Source: the human T2T-CHM13v2.0 reference genome, Homo sapiens. From it: a stretch of 64,000 nucleotides of DNA. Below the pieces are notes generated by a model, which ran no database searches, had not been told where the DNA came from, and was given only the letters and a program-made list of their open reading frames with translations. The stretch lies in the NCBI RefSeq assembly GCF_009914755.1, contig NC_060930.1. One strand, written 5' to 3'. Shown here piece by piece: positions 1 to 13,211 of this stretch. A program made the translations under genes and the position numbers. Position 1 is the stretch's first letter. Each line of letters opens with the position of its first letter.

Positions 1-480
1 AAATCAAAATTTAAAAACACAATATCATTTAAAGTCTCTTCAAAGAAGATGAAATACTCAGGTATAAACCTAACAAGACAAACACAGGATATGTTTGAAG
101 AAAATTACAAAATGCTGATGAAAGAAGTCAAAGAACGCCTACATAAATGGAACACATACTGTTCGTCGATTGGAAGATTCAACACAGTACTGATGTCAAT
201 TTTTCCTAAATTGATCTGCAATTAATGCCATTTCTATCTAAATTCTAGTAAGATCTTTTGTAGATACAGACAAGCTTATTCTGAAATATACACGGGAAGA
301 CATAGGCCCTAGAAGAGCTAAAAGAATCTTGAGAAAGAATAAAGCAGGAGGTATCACTTCACCTGATGTGAAGACTTAATATATGGCTACAGTAATCAAG
401 AGAGTTCATATTGGCAAAAGGATACACACAAAAATCAATGGAATAGAGAACCCAGAATAAGACCCACGCATATACGAATT
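1..480 (+). mobile_element. Old L1 (L1M-type) ORF2 fragment
   Basis: Degraded ORF2 3'-region motifs (ggtataaacctaacaaga; gattggaagattcaacac; aaagcaggaggtatcacttcacctgat; ggctacagtaatcaag). Confidence 0.8.
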
Positions 481-790
481 ACTCTTCTAGGAATCAGTCT
501 CATCCTGTATTTTGGAACTTTCACTTTTTAGAAGTCTTTCCTTATTGTTCATTTTAAATTCCTGATTTTATAAGATAATGCTTTTACTTCATATTCCAAT
601 CTCAATAGAAATCTTAAAAGCTGATTCTTCTACTGTGATATCCCTACTTTGCTTTGAATGTTTTCACTATAATGGGGCCTTATCTAGTTCAACCTCCTCT
701 TCTGAAAGAAAAGAAACCGGAACGTTGACAGGCAATGGGACTTTCCTGAGACCACACAGCTGGACAGAGAAACTGACAGCAGGTCAGAAA

Positions 791-811
791 TGACTGACTG
801 ACTGACTGACT
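791..811 (+). repeat. (TGAC)5 microsatellite
   Basis: tgactgactgactgactgact. Confidence 0.9.
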
Positions 812-892
812 GGTGGGTGAAATGGAAGGATTCTAACTTAGAGAGAAACCACTCATATCACATTTGAGTCACTGGTGTACAGAGGGGAATTC

Positions 893-1697
893 TTTTTTTA
901 CTTATTATTTTAATTGACACATAATAATTATGTGTCAATTAAATCCCATACACATTTATGGGATGCAGTGTGATATTCTGATACACGTATATAGTGTGTA
1001 ATGATCAAATCAGGGTCATTAGCATATCCAGCAGCTCAAATATTTGTCATTTCTTCACATTGGAAACATTCAAAATCCTCTCTTCTAGCTATTTGAACAT
1101 ATACAATAAATTATTGCTAACTATAGTCATCCTACTGTGCTGTCACACTAAAACAGTCCTCTTATCTGTGATTTTGTAACTATTAACCAAACCCTCTCTC
1201 TGTACTCTCCCTTTACTCCCCTTCCTGGCCTCTAGTAACCACTATTCTACTCCTTACTTCTAAGAGATCAACATTTTTAGCTTCCACATATGAATGAAAA
1301 CATGTGGTATTTATTTTTCTGTGCCTAACTCATTTAACAACATAATGTCCTCCAGGCTCATCTGTGTTGTTGCAAATGGCAGAATTTTATTCTTTTTAAT
1401 AGCTGAATAGTATTCCTTCATGTATCTATACCACATTTTCTTTTTCCATTCATCTATTGATAGATACAGGTTGATTCTCTATCTTAACTATTGTGAATAG
1501 TGCCATAGTAAACATGGGAGGGCAGATGCTCTTCAACATAACTGATTTTATTTTCTTTGGATATATACCTAGCAGTGGGGTTGCTAAATCATATGGTAGT
1601 TCTACTTCTAGTTTTTTTTGAGGAACCTCCATACTGTTTTCCATAATGGCTGTACTAATTTATGTTCCCACTCACAGTATATAAAACTTCCTCTTTC
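893..1697 (-). mobile_element. L1MA-type 3' end
   Basis: L1MA 3'UTR start (taattgacacataataatt...gatcaaatcagggtcattagcatatcc); ORF 1450-1644(-) translates as ORF2 C-terminus (ELPYDLATPLLGIYP). Confidence 0.85.
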
Positions 1698-2025
1698 AGA
1701 GAGGAGACTTTTGAGCCATGTTGAGGTGGTCTTAAGATTTTAGAAAAGTTGACAAAAGACACCAGAGAGGCTCTCCAAATGAAAAGCCATTCAATGTTGC
1801 TGAAAGGAAGAAAAGGACAATATTGGGTTGGGATGGTTACATAGATTTCTGGAGGAATGGTTTTTTTTTTAAACTACATGTAGTGAAAAAGACTTCATCA
1901 ATATTAAATGCCAAATGAATTGCATAAGACCTATAAAGTAAAAAAAGTCAGAAGGACTGAACCCCAGAACCAACTATGGCTGGCAAAAAAAAAAAAAAAA
2001 AAAAAAAGCAATAACAATACTTTTT

Positions 2026-2792
2026 CTTTTTTTCTTTTTTTATTTATTTTTCATTTTACTTTAAGTTCTGGGATACGAGTGCAGAACATGCAGGTTTGTT
2101 ACACAGGTATACATGTGCCATGGTGGTTTGCTGGGCCTATCAGCCCATCTAGGTTTTAAGCCCCACATGCGTTAGGTATATGTCCTAATGTTCTCCCTCT
2201 CCTTGACTCCCACCCACCAACAGGCCCCGGTGTGTGATGTTCCCCTCCCTGTGTCCATGTGTTCTCATTATTCAACTTCCACTTATGAGGGAAAACATGC
2301 AGTGTTTTTCTGTTCCTGTGTTAGTTTGCTGAGAATGATGGCTTCCAGCTGCATCCATGTCCCTACAGAGGACATTAACTCATTCTTTTTTATGGCTGCA
2401 TAGTGTTCCATGGTGTGTATGTGCCACATTTTCTTTATCCAGTCTATCATTGATGGGCATTTGGGTTGGTTCCAAGTCTTTGCTGTTGTAAATAGTGCTG
2501 CAGTAAACATACATGTGCATGTGTCTTTATACTAGAAAGATTTATAATCCTTTGGGTATATACCGAGTAATGGGATTGCCGGGTCAAATGGTATTTCTGG
2601 TTCTAGATCCTTGAGGAATTGCCACACTGTCTTCCACAATGGTTGAACTAATTTACACTCCCACCAACAGTGTAAAAGCGTTCTTATTTATCCACATCCT
2701 CTCCAGCATCTGTTGTTTCCTGACTTTTTAATAATCGCCATTCTAACTGGCACGAGATGGTATCTCATTGTAGTTTTGATTTGCATTTCTCT
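2026..2792 (-). mobile_element. 5'-truncated L1PA (about PA7/8) with target-site duplication
   Basis: Poly(T) tail then L1PA 3'UTR; ORF 2283-2510(-) is ORF2 C-terminus ([21 protein letters not shown]); A(n)gcaataacaatacttttt on both flanks. Confidence 0.92.
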
Positions 2793-3049
2793 TTTTAAAA
2801 AAAAAAGCAATAACAATACTTTTTAAAATAAGACATACCTAATAAAAGAAATGGTTTTTTTGAATTATGGGAAAAAAGAATGATAGTTTTATCCATTTCT
2901 AAATGCAGATGGTTTTATATTAATTTGACTAGAGGAAGCAAAATCAGCTAGGGCTTCATTTCTGTAGTCTCTGTTGGAGAAATCCATCTTTAGTCTTAAA
3001 AGGATAGACAAATATTTTACCAGAAAATAGGACCCAATATGCGCCCATT

Positions 3050-4090
3050 CTTTCACCCATTCATCCAAAAAAAAAAGATAGGCTCATACAACACACTAGG
3101 TACTTGGCAGGGTTAGGAAAGTGACATGAACATGGCATAGAAGATAAAAAATGTGCCAAGGATCTAAAGTTGAACGAAATCAAGTGGCATCTGTTTCCTC
3201 AAGAAGGTCAGTTATTTAGCATAAGAGACACATTAATTCAATTGTCACTCAAACAAATGTAAAATTATATTTGTCATGTGTTGCGAAGAAGTATGTGGTG
3301 CTATGACAGCATAGATTAGGGAGATTTGATTTAGGGGAGCAAAGGAATGTGAGAAAGTGGTTGGGAAAGACCCCCTTGGAGAGGGATGGTTGAGCTGAGA
3401 CCTGGAATGAGAAGGAGTTAAATTAGGATACAAGCATGGCAGAGAAGAACCTGCCTGGCAGACAGAATTATGAGTGCAGGAGCCTCGTGACAGTGTGAGC
3501 AAGGTGTGCCCAAGTACTGAAGGAAGGCCATCATGGCTGGGCACACAGACGAAGGCAGTGAGATATAACTGCAAAGGTAGGCAAGATCGTTTAGGCAGGG
3601 CTTTCTAAGCCATGATGAAGATTTAACTCTTTTCCAGGAACAAAGAGAATTTATCGAAGGAATAGCAGAGTCAGATTTGTATCTCAAAAGACCAATATGC
3701 CTACCTGGCATAGGCTTGGGATACCCAGTGAGGAAGTTTTCATTAGTCCAGGTGAGACAGCTGTACCTTAAACTGGTGCAGGAGAGTGGACCTAACAAGA
3801 AGGGGAAAATGTGAAGGTATTTTTAGGAAGCATAATCCATTGAACTTTTTGATGAATTGGATATGAGAGAAGAAGGTGTGTGACTATTTTCTATGGTTCC
3901 GGTTTGCAGAAGTGACCAGATGGTGGTGCCCTTTACCAAGCTAAGATACAGCAAAGATGACCACAGTTGGGGTTGAAAACCATGAGTTCAAGAAAATCAT
4001 GAATTATGTTTGAGACAACCAAGTGGAGTTGTCAAATTGGCAGTTGGATATGTAATTCTGGCATCCAGAAGCAAGGTTTCAATCAAGGAA
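3050..4090 (-). mobile_element. L2 relic
   Basis: Purine-rich antisense L2 motifs (tgagctgagacctggaatgagaaggag; ttagtccaggtgagacag; gatggtggtgccctttacc; gcagttggatatgtaattctgg). Confidence 0.65.
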
Positions 4091-4263
4091 GAGATTCTAA
4101 GAAAGATTTTGCTGATGATAAGATGTTAATATACACATATGTATATATTCTATACTGGAGACAATTGCATATGTTGTTTTTTCTGTATCCTCAAGTGCAA
4201 AAAGAAATTACAAGTATAATCATGTATCTATTGTTTTTTGTATTATAGAAATCAGGCATTAAA

Positions 4264-4563
<300 letters not shown>

Positions 4564-4699
4564 AGAAGTCAGGCATTAAAAAAATAAGTACTAAAAGAAC
4601 GAGAATGGAGAAATATTTTGAAGGGAAAAAGGCTGATCCCACAAACATATGCTGGTGAGGTCAACATTAATCACCAAAAGACTCTAGAACAGATGTGGA

Positions 4700-4920
4700 A
4701 TAGTATGATTTGTGAGCTCTTCAAAAAGGAAAACATAATTACTGGGCCAAAATTCAGTTAAACTCATTCTATCCCTTTTTTAAAGAATTATTATTAAAAT
4801 GTGGTAGACTTAGGATCTAGACTTCAGCCAGGCATTTGATAAACACTCTCAAAATGCTGTTATGAAAAATATAATAAGCTAGATGATAACATTGTTAGGT
4901 GGGTTGACAGCTGGCTCCAA
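4700..4920 (+). mobile_element. L3/CR1 relic (RT region)
   Basis: tctagacttcagccaggcatttgataa resembles the CR1 LDFSKAFD motif; gttaggtgggttgacagctggct. Confidence 0.55.
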
Positions 4921-4995
4921 AAAACATGTTTATAGTCCAAGAGGAAGAAAGTAATGGTGATCTGTAGCATTTGTCTATAGTCCTGTCCTTTTTAG

Positions 4996-5205
4996 CAACA
5001 CCTGGAGACATTTTTTGTTGTCATGGCTGAGAGTGGGGTTTGAGGGGTGGTAGGAAGGGCAGTACTACTGACATCTACTGGGTAAAAGCCAGAGATCCTG
5101 ATAAACAGTCCACAGTGCAGAGGACAGGCCACTACTTTGTCCCTCACTGACCAAGAAAGAATTATTCAATTCAAATGTCATTAAGGCCACTGCTGAGGAA
5201 ACATA
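4996..5205 (+). mobile_element. MER20 (hAT-Charlie MITE)
   Basis: ctggagacattttttgttgtca...tactgacatctactgggtaaaagccagagatcctgataaac...aagaattatt...caaatgtca. Confidence 0.75.
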
Positions 5206-5502
5206 TTCTAAGTGTTTAAGTGAAGAGATTAGAATAAAGGGTCAAATATAGCATAAATTAATAAAGATAATTATAATATCCTATATTTACTTCCCTCCAG
5301 TTACCAACTGTGTAGTAATGGGCAAGAAGCTAGAGGACCTCACTTCTGGTCACTTCCTTCCACTACAGTAAGTGCTGGAAACAATCTTCTTGCTCCAGCT
5401 ATTCATTCTAAGAATGCAAACTCGTTCTCAGAGACTCACTTACCTTCTTTAAGCTTCTGTTTCTTTCTTTGTGTAAAAAGGAGATTGAACACGATGATAT
5501 TT

Positions 5503-8126
5503 ATGGAAGGCTGAAAATGGCTCCCCAAAAGATACTCACATTCTAATTTCCGGAATCTTATTTGGAAAAAGAGTCATTGCAGATGTGATTGTGATGAATA
5601 TTGGTGTAGATATCACCCTAGATCATCTGTATGAGTCTTAAATGTCATCTCACATATCCTATTAAGAGAGAGGCAGAGAGCAATTACACACAGGGAGAAG
5701 AGAAGGCAATGTAAACATACAGGCAGAGATTGGAGTGACTTGCTCTCACAAGTCAAAGAATGCTAACAGCCACCAGAAGCAAGAAACAGATTCTCCCCTG
5801 GAACCTCTGGAAGGATCACAGTTATGTCGATGCCCTGCTTTCAGCCCAGTAATATTAAATTCAGACTTCTGGCCTTCAGAACTGTGAGGAAAAACATTTA
5901 TGTTATTTTAACCCTCCAAGTCTGTGGTAATTTGTTGTAGCAGCCATAGAAGACTAACACAGATTTTGGTGCCAGAAGTGGGATGTTGCTATAACAAATA
6001 CCTAAAAATAAGGAAATGGCTTTGGAATTAGATACTGCATAGTAACTGGAAGCATTCTGAGGCATGTAGTAAGCTGAAGAAAATGGGCTTCCAAAGATAT
6101 ATTCACTTTCAAATTTTTAGGACATGCAAATATTACCTTATATGAAAATCACTGTGATTAAATTAAATATCTGGAAAGGAGGTGTTATTTAGGATTACCT
6201 GGGTGGATTGTAAATGCAATCACATGTATCCTTATAAGAGACAGACAGAGTTTTAGGTCAGACAAACACACAAGAAAGCAATGTAAGGACAGAATAGAGA
6301 GACAGATAGCACCAGCCAAGTTTACAGCCCCTAGAAGCTGGAAGAGGCAAACAATAAATTCTACACTGGAGCTTCTGGAGGGAGTGTGGCCCTGCCTACC
6401 ACCTTGATTTTTGATTTCTGACACATGGAACTGTGAAAGAATAAATTTCTGTTGTTTTAAGTTACCAAATTTATAGTAGTTTTTAGTACAGCCACAGGAA
6501 ACTAACACTGATTTTGGTACAAGGAGTGAGATGCTGCTACAACAAACACCTAGAAGTGTGGAAGTGGCTTTGGGACTGAATAACGGGTGAAGACTGGAAA
6601 ATTCTTGAGTTGCATGATAGCCAAAGCCTAGATTGCCTTGAACAGACTATTGGTAGAAATACAGATAGAGATATTCCTGGTGAGGGCTCAGAAGGAAATA
6701 AGCACAGTATAGAAAGCATTTATCATCTTAGAAAATACATGTGTTATCATAAACAAAGTGTTTGTGAAAATATGAATTTAAAGGTGATTCTGATGAGGGC
6801 TCAGAAAGAATGAGAAATATATCCTTGGAAATGGGAAGGGGGTGATCCTTGTTCTATAGGGGCACACATTTGGCTGTATTGTGTCCTACAGTTATGTAGA
6901 AAGCAGAACACGTAGGTGATGAACTTCTCTATTTAGCAGATTAGATTTCCAAAGTGTTAAAGGTGTGGCTTGATATTTTTTTCTTGCTGCCTATAGCAAA
7001 ATTCAAGAGAAAAGAGATAAATCAAGGACCTGTTATTCAAAACAGAGTCAGGATTCAGTGATTTGGGAAATTCTCAGTCTATCCAGATTGCAAAGGATGC
7101 AAAAATTAGTAGATTGGCTGTTAGGAAAGCATGCTCTGGCGATAAGGCCAAGGGTGAGAGTGGACAACACGTAATAAAGAGATTCAGCAAGTGATTCATA
7201 CATCTACTCAACCATCTCAGCAGAAGTCAAGAATAGAGATAGAATTATCCAGGAAAGATCTGCAGGAAACCCTCTGGTCTAATAGTGGGAATCCACATGG
7301 CATATATGGGAGAAGGTTTTGGAAATGTTACACCAGCAGAAGCACTGTTAGCATGAACTGAAGGAGACAGAGACAAGATAAACTGAAAGAAGGTTATCAG
7401 ACTCCCAGAATTTTACAGGCAGGAAATAAGCAGATAAAACCACTGCAAACATGTGCTCTCAGTTAATAAAAAGGAATGATTTCCCCCAAGGACAGAGCTA
7501 GACCTGGAGCTTCAGAGCCAGAGGCCAGAGCCACAGGCACAAAGGCAGAGGATGGAGCCGTGGTCCTACAGGGCAGAGCCTCAAGTCGCAGAGGATTGTT
7601 CTCATGCCTTATTTTGAATTATCTTGGGATGGTGGTCCCTTTATTCCTTCTATTTTCTCCATTTTGGAATGGAAATATCTGTAACTGTTATCCTATACCT
7701 GTCTCATCTTCATATTTTGGAAGCAGATAACTTATTTTCTAATTTCACAGGTAGGTCCACAAACGGAGAGGAAATTTTTCCTGGAATCTTGAGAGGAGAA
7801 ACTTACCCTAAATTATCCAGGTGGCCTTTAAATGCAATTATGTGTATCCTTATAAGAGAGAGGCAGAGGAAGATTGGGGACAGACCCACACACACAGAGG
7901 TGAAAGCCATGTGAAGATGCAGCAGAAAGAGATGCAGCCACAAGCCAGGAAACGCCAACAGCCACCAGAAGCTAGAAGAGGCCAGGAACAGGTTCTCCTC
8001 TAGAGCCTAGAGAGGGAGTACATCCCTGAGATTGTTGGCCTCCAGAACTGTAATGGAATAAGTTTCTATTCTTTTAAGTCACTGAGTTTGTGTTAGTTTG
8101 TTACAGCAGCTACAGGAAACTAATAT
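5503..8126 (+). mobile_element. MLT1 (MaLR) complex: LTR ~5503-5960, short internal start, LTR ~6075-6508, MLT1-int ~6509-7780, partial LTR ~7785-8126
   Basis: Three MLT1D-like LTR 3' ends (cagccatagaagactaacac, cagccacaggaaactaacac, cagctacaggaaactaata); the first two are followed by the MLT1-int start gattttggt... Confidence 0.8.
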
Positions 8127-8159
8127 GGTATTCTACAATTCTAAAAATAAATTCAGGAG

Positions 8160-8790
8160 CTGTGATGTAATGACAGCAGGCACATAAATAACCTAGGTCT
8201 TCAAGTGATGGCAAATTCAGAGTAATATGGCTGTAACACGTACAATGTCACCTTAGAACTTCCTTAATAGAAGATGAGAGTACAGAATAAGGAAGCCAGT
8301 GTCCTGTTTTTCTCTACAGTGTTCAGACAATATTATGCCCAGCTCTCTGTACTACAGCTTTAAAAGGCATTGACATATTGAAATATGTTTAAAGAAAGGA
8401 AGGTATCACAAGGAGAGTGAAATCATGCATATGACAAAGAATTGAAGAAAAGAAGTAGAGGTGTCTAGTGCTTATTCTGAAAAATGTCCTTGAAGCACAG
8501 AATATGGCAGCTGCCCTCAAACTACTCAGAAACCTGTCTTGTGGAAGAGGGAAAAGATGATCTCATTCTCTTTGGCTCTAAGATCAGGACCTAAATTTAA
8601 GGAGAAGTTATAGGGAGGCCAATTTAGACTCCAAAGCCTCAAATTTTGATTGATCTGCTTCAGTGGTGCTAGATTGTCCGGAATCTGAGGGAACCACAAG
8701 CTGAAATGATTGCCTACTGGGGGATATTGTCTGAAAGATTCATGCATAAGTTGGACGAGGATGCCCCAGGGATCCATTCAAATATGATTC
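8160..8790 (+). mobile_element. L3/CR1 3' relic
   Basis: agaataaggaagccagtgtcctgtttttctctacagtgttcagac; gggaggccaatttagactc. Confidence 0.45.
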
Positions 8791-9589
8791 TGTAATTCTA
8801 CTGTTATTGGTAGGAGAGGAGTAGGTCAAGTTTCTATCCCACAACATTTGAAGATGTGTTCCTTTATTGCTTAGCCTCCTCTTTTCCAGAACCACAACCC
8901 CTCCCCAAAAAAATACACAGCTTCTTTTACCCTTACTGCTAGTGTTATTATCCAACATTAAAGCACTCTTGACTTTCTGTGAACCGTGAAAATTCTTCAT
9001 GACTTCCCCTGTTGCAGTCTAGTATAAAAAACAAGCCCTGAATCTAGGCTTGACTAATTATAAGCAGAACTACATAATGGCAGCCTACATTCTATTCCTA
9101 CTGAAGTATCCACTGACACAAACCCACACTCCCTTTTCTAAAATCGTGAACTGCTCAACCTATCCGTCTTTCCTAAGTATTTTTGAACTTCATTTTGTAA
9201 GGCTTGCTGATCCTCTCCATATGAATAAGATAAAGTTGGCAGGAATTGAACTTAGTCCTATTTGTTTCTAACCTCTAATTAAATGCTAATCCTACCCTCC
9301 AGAAAGTGGTGTCCTCAGCCAACTTACAGTGTACTTTCTCTTCCCTTTCTCATGTTCTCTAACCAACTAGATAAACAAGACAGGACCCGGGGGAGAACTC
9401 CAAACCCTCCTCTTTGGCTGTGCTTATCAAAGAGGAAAGCAACGTGGAATTCAAAGAATCAATTATTTGAGAGCTGCAATATCAAACTACTATTTTTTTC
9501 TAACATTGTAACTGCTTCTGAAATTGCAGAGTGGTCCTTATCTCCTCTCAAAGGCATGCTTTCAAAGGCATGCGTTTAAAAGCATGACC

Positions 9590-9725
9590 AGCCAGGCATG
9601 GTGGCTCACACCTGTAATCCCAACACTTCGGAAGGTGGATGTGGGCAGACCCCTTGAGCCCAGGAGTTCAAGACCAGCCAGGGAAACATGGCAAAACTCT
9701 GTCTCTATAATAAATACAAAAAAAA
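9590..9725 (+). mobile_element. Alu left arm only (apparent local copy of the Alu at 11160)
   Basis: Left monomer ending in the A-rich linker; shares flank and unusual bases with 11137-11289. Confidence 0.9.
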
Positions 9726-9983
9726 GCAGGAAGTGCTTCATCAATTACCATCTTCTGGGCATGATACATTATGCCCAAGGCTCTAAACCATGATAGGATA
9801 AATCAAATCAAATCAAATCTTGTCAGTGGTTTGTAAGTATTCCACAGGAGGCCCCAATTCTAAGATGGGTTCCCCTTTTTAGAAAGAGAGCCTTGGAAGG
9901 TATCATTAATATGTATCATCATTACCTTTTGGGTGTTTTGGTGAAATGATGGTACATTATCATTATTAATATGTATCAAATAG

Positions 9984-10221
9984 GCATGTTGGTTAAAACT
10001 GGCTTTTGTGACATTTTTTCCAGGACAATTGAAGTCAAAATTGGTGTTTTGGTACCCAAAGGGTAGGGGCTAAAAGGCACACTACCAGAAAATTATACCC
10101 ATAATTCCATAGACTGGTATCCATTGACTCTAAAAACCTTGTCTGAGCTATTTGTGTATGCAATTTTGACTTCAATTGTCCTGGAAAAAAAGGTCACAAA
10201 ATCCAATTTTAACCAGCATGC
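9984..10221. repeat. Long inverted repeat (MITE-like foldback)
   Basis: Arms 9984-10043 and 10161-10221 are reverse complements; inner 30 bp perfect. Confidence 0.9.
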
Positions 10222-10307
10222 TAATTTTATTACTGAACATGCAAACAAATCAGCAAAGGTTTATTTGAGTCCATTCATAGTAATATGCAAGTGAATTCTG
10301 AAGTCAG

Positions 10308-10608
<301 letters not shown>

Positions 10609-11159
10609 GAAGTCAGGATCTTCAAGTTAAATCTAAGCTTGCATCTAAAAATTGGAAAATAGAATTTTGTATTCTAAGGTTGTTTCTGGTTATTTTTTAA
10701 TGCAGAAAAAGCAATCCACTCATTAACCAACACAAATTTACTGAAATCCCCAAAGGTACATGATCATCACTAATAAAAATAATTGAGATGCATTTTATTC
10801 ATATAAAAATACCATGTAAATGCTGAATAATTACAAGTCATCATTTCAAATCTGATTTGAGAGACAAAGCATTTATATTTGGCAAGCGTTGTTCCTGTGC
10901 TCCTGATCACTGAGCAACCATGAAATTGACTACAAACAATAACTGACACCTTATTTACAAAAGACTTCAGGTTTTCATGTTATAACCTTTTATGCTAGCA
11001 TTAACAGTTCTTATTTTGTCCACTGCATAGAGGAGCCACAAGAGGAGACATGAATCCACATAGAGGAGACATGGGCAGTGAATGGCAAAAATATGGAAAC
11101 AGAAAAACCAACTTGATATCCATCTGCGTGATAAATGGCATGCTTTTAAAAGCATGACC

Positions 11160-11460
11160 AGCCAGGCACGGTGGCGCACACCTGTAATCCCAACACTTTG
11201 GAAGGTGGAGGTGGGCAGACCCCTTGAGCCCAGGAGTTCAAGACCAGCCAGGGCAACGTGGCGAAACTCTGTCTCTATAAAAAATACAAGAATTAGCCAG
11301 GCGTGGTGGTGTGCACCTGTAGTCCCAGCTACTCAGGAGGCAGAGGAGGGAGGATTGCTTGAGCCTGGGAAGTCAAAGCTGCAGTGAGCCATGAGCACAC
11401 CACTGCACACCAGCCTGGGTGACAGAGCGAGAACTGTCTCTCAAAAAAAAGAAAAAGAAT
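11160..11460 (+). mobile_element. Alu (AluJ)
   Basis: AluJ diagnostics (cttgagcccaggagttc; ggaggattgcttgagcc; gctgcagtgagccatg); TSD aaaag(c)atgacc. Confidence 0.95.
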
Positions 11461-13162
11461 AAAAAGATGACCAACCAGTGTATTAAAGTGAGTTTACTAT
11501 GCCAATGAGGTATAAACTATTTATTAGCACAGACTTTATTAAACTCCAGTCTCCCTAACAGCCAAATGTCTACATCTTTCCTTCAGAAAGCAATCCTACA
11601 TTTTATCAAGCATTATGATAGTTTTCAAACTATTCTCAAAGAATCTTGAGGAGTCAGACTCAAGGCTAGAATCCTGTGTGTGTTCTTTCAGGCTCAACTA
11701 CAGGCAATCACAAAGACTGCCTGGCAGGCCTCATGTGGAGAAAGCTGTGGTCCCCACATCACACTTGGTGCAGAGCCAGTGCGTGACAGTCTCTGGAGGG
11801 AGTTGCAGCTTTAGCTCACCCACCCCACCCACACTGGCCCTGCTCATACACACATCTGCACACCCAGCCTGGGCCCCTCCATTCAAAGCTTCCCTATATG
11901 TGTATGAGCAGGGTGGGGTGTAGCAGGTGGGAAGGGAGGGACTTGGTTGAGACACTGTCCAGGTGCCTCTCCTTCCCCAGAGCCCCACGTTCATAAAATG
12001 GCAGGAGCCTTTGTTTGGGGATCCCTCAGCAGTGAGACAAACCCCCTTCCCAATCTGTGCTGATCCATCTGACCCTTTCCCAGTGCCATGCCAAGGAGAA
12101 AAATGGAACACTGAGGAAGCTGGCACCCTCTTTCTCTTTCTGGCCTCGTGATAACACCATTGAAGCAAGTGAATAACGGCTTAGTTGTTACTTTCAGTTT
12201 GACTCCTTGTCCTAATTGACTGCCACAACACATGGCAGCTCTCTAACAGGTCCGAGAGTTCAGTGGAGGGACCTTAAGGATGTCATGAGGGAAGACAAAG
12301 AGGCTAGATGACAGTAGCCTTCCCACTCCCACCGAACAAACCTAATGGTTTCAACCAGAGTAGCTCTGCTTCTGTTTCATATGTTGAGGTTATGAGCAAG
12401 ATTTCAACTGAGATAGGCTGTTCAAGGCTTACCATAGTTCCTAGCACATAGTAAATGCGTGTTATGACGATTATCGCAAATTTGAAAACCACTACACTAG
12501 TAGTTCTGATTTCTAGGTTCTAAATAATTGTGCCATTTTGGAAAGTAAAGATCATAGCTTAAATAGGTAGGTTGCTATTCATTGTAGATTCCTCACTCTC
12601 AAAGCAGGGTGGGCTCAACCATCACCACGCAGGGGGATATTGATAAGGGAGTCATAAAGAACATGTAGAAGCTAGAGCCTATCTTTACCAAAATCTTCTA
12701 CTCAGAGAGACAAGAGAGGAAAACATGCCCTATATGGAGCCACCGATTAAGAGAGACAAGAATTCTCACTATCGTCATGGTTGCCATCACATCCTAGTAA
12801 TACGCAAGTGAACCTATATTATAAATACACATCATATGTTGTCGAGGTTAATCTTCTTTAAAAAGAAAGTCCTAAAGTATAATCCTCACTTTACAGATTA
12901 AGAAATTGAAACTTGGAGGAATCGAATAATATTTCCAAGGTCACACAGAAGGTGAATTCCCACTCCATTTTAACCAATTTGATTACAATGCTCATGTTTT
13001 TAACCCCTCCTCAATAATACCCCTCCAGTAATGTTTCTGTTTGCATAGAGTGGAATAAAATTTGTTCTATTACTTACCTTTGTACTAGATACCTTAAAAA
13101 CAAGCAAATTATTTTGCCAAAGACATTATTTCATTCTTTTTATGGCTGAGTAGTATTCCATG

Positions 13163-13165
<3 letters not shown>

Positions 13166-13210
<45 letters not shown>
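13166..13210. repeat. (TG)n(TA)n compound microsatellite
   Basis: Direct reading. Confidence 0.95.

Positions 13211-13211
<1 letters not shown>

Noticed and set aside
11027-11075. Three short agaggag(a/c)ca repeats
   Set aside because: Too short and irregular for a CRISPR-like or functional array.
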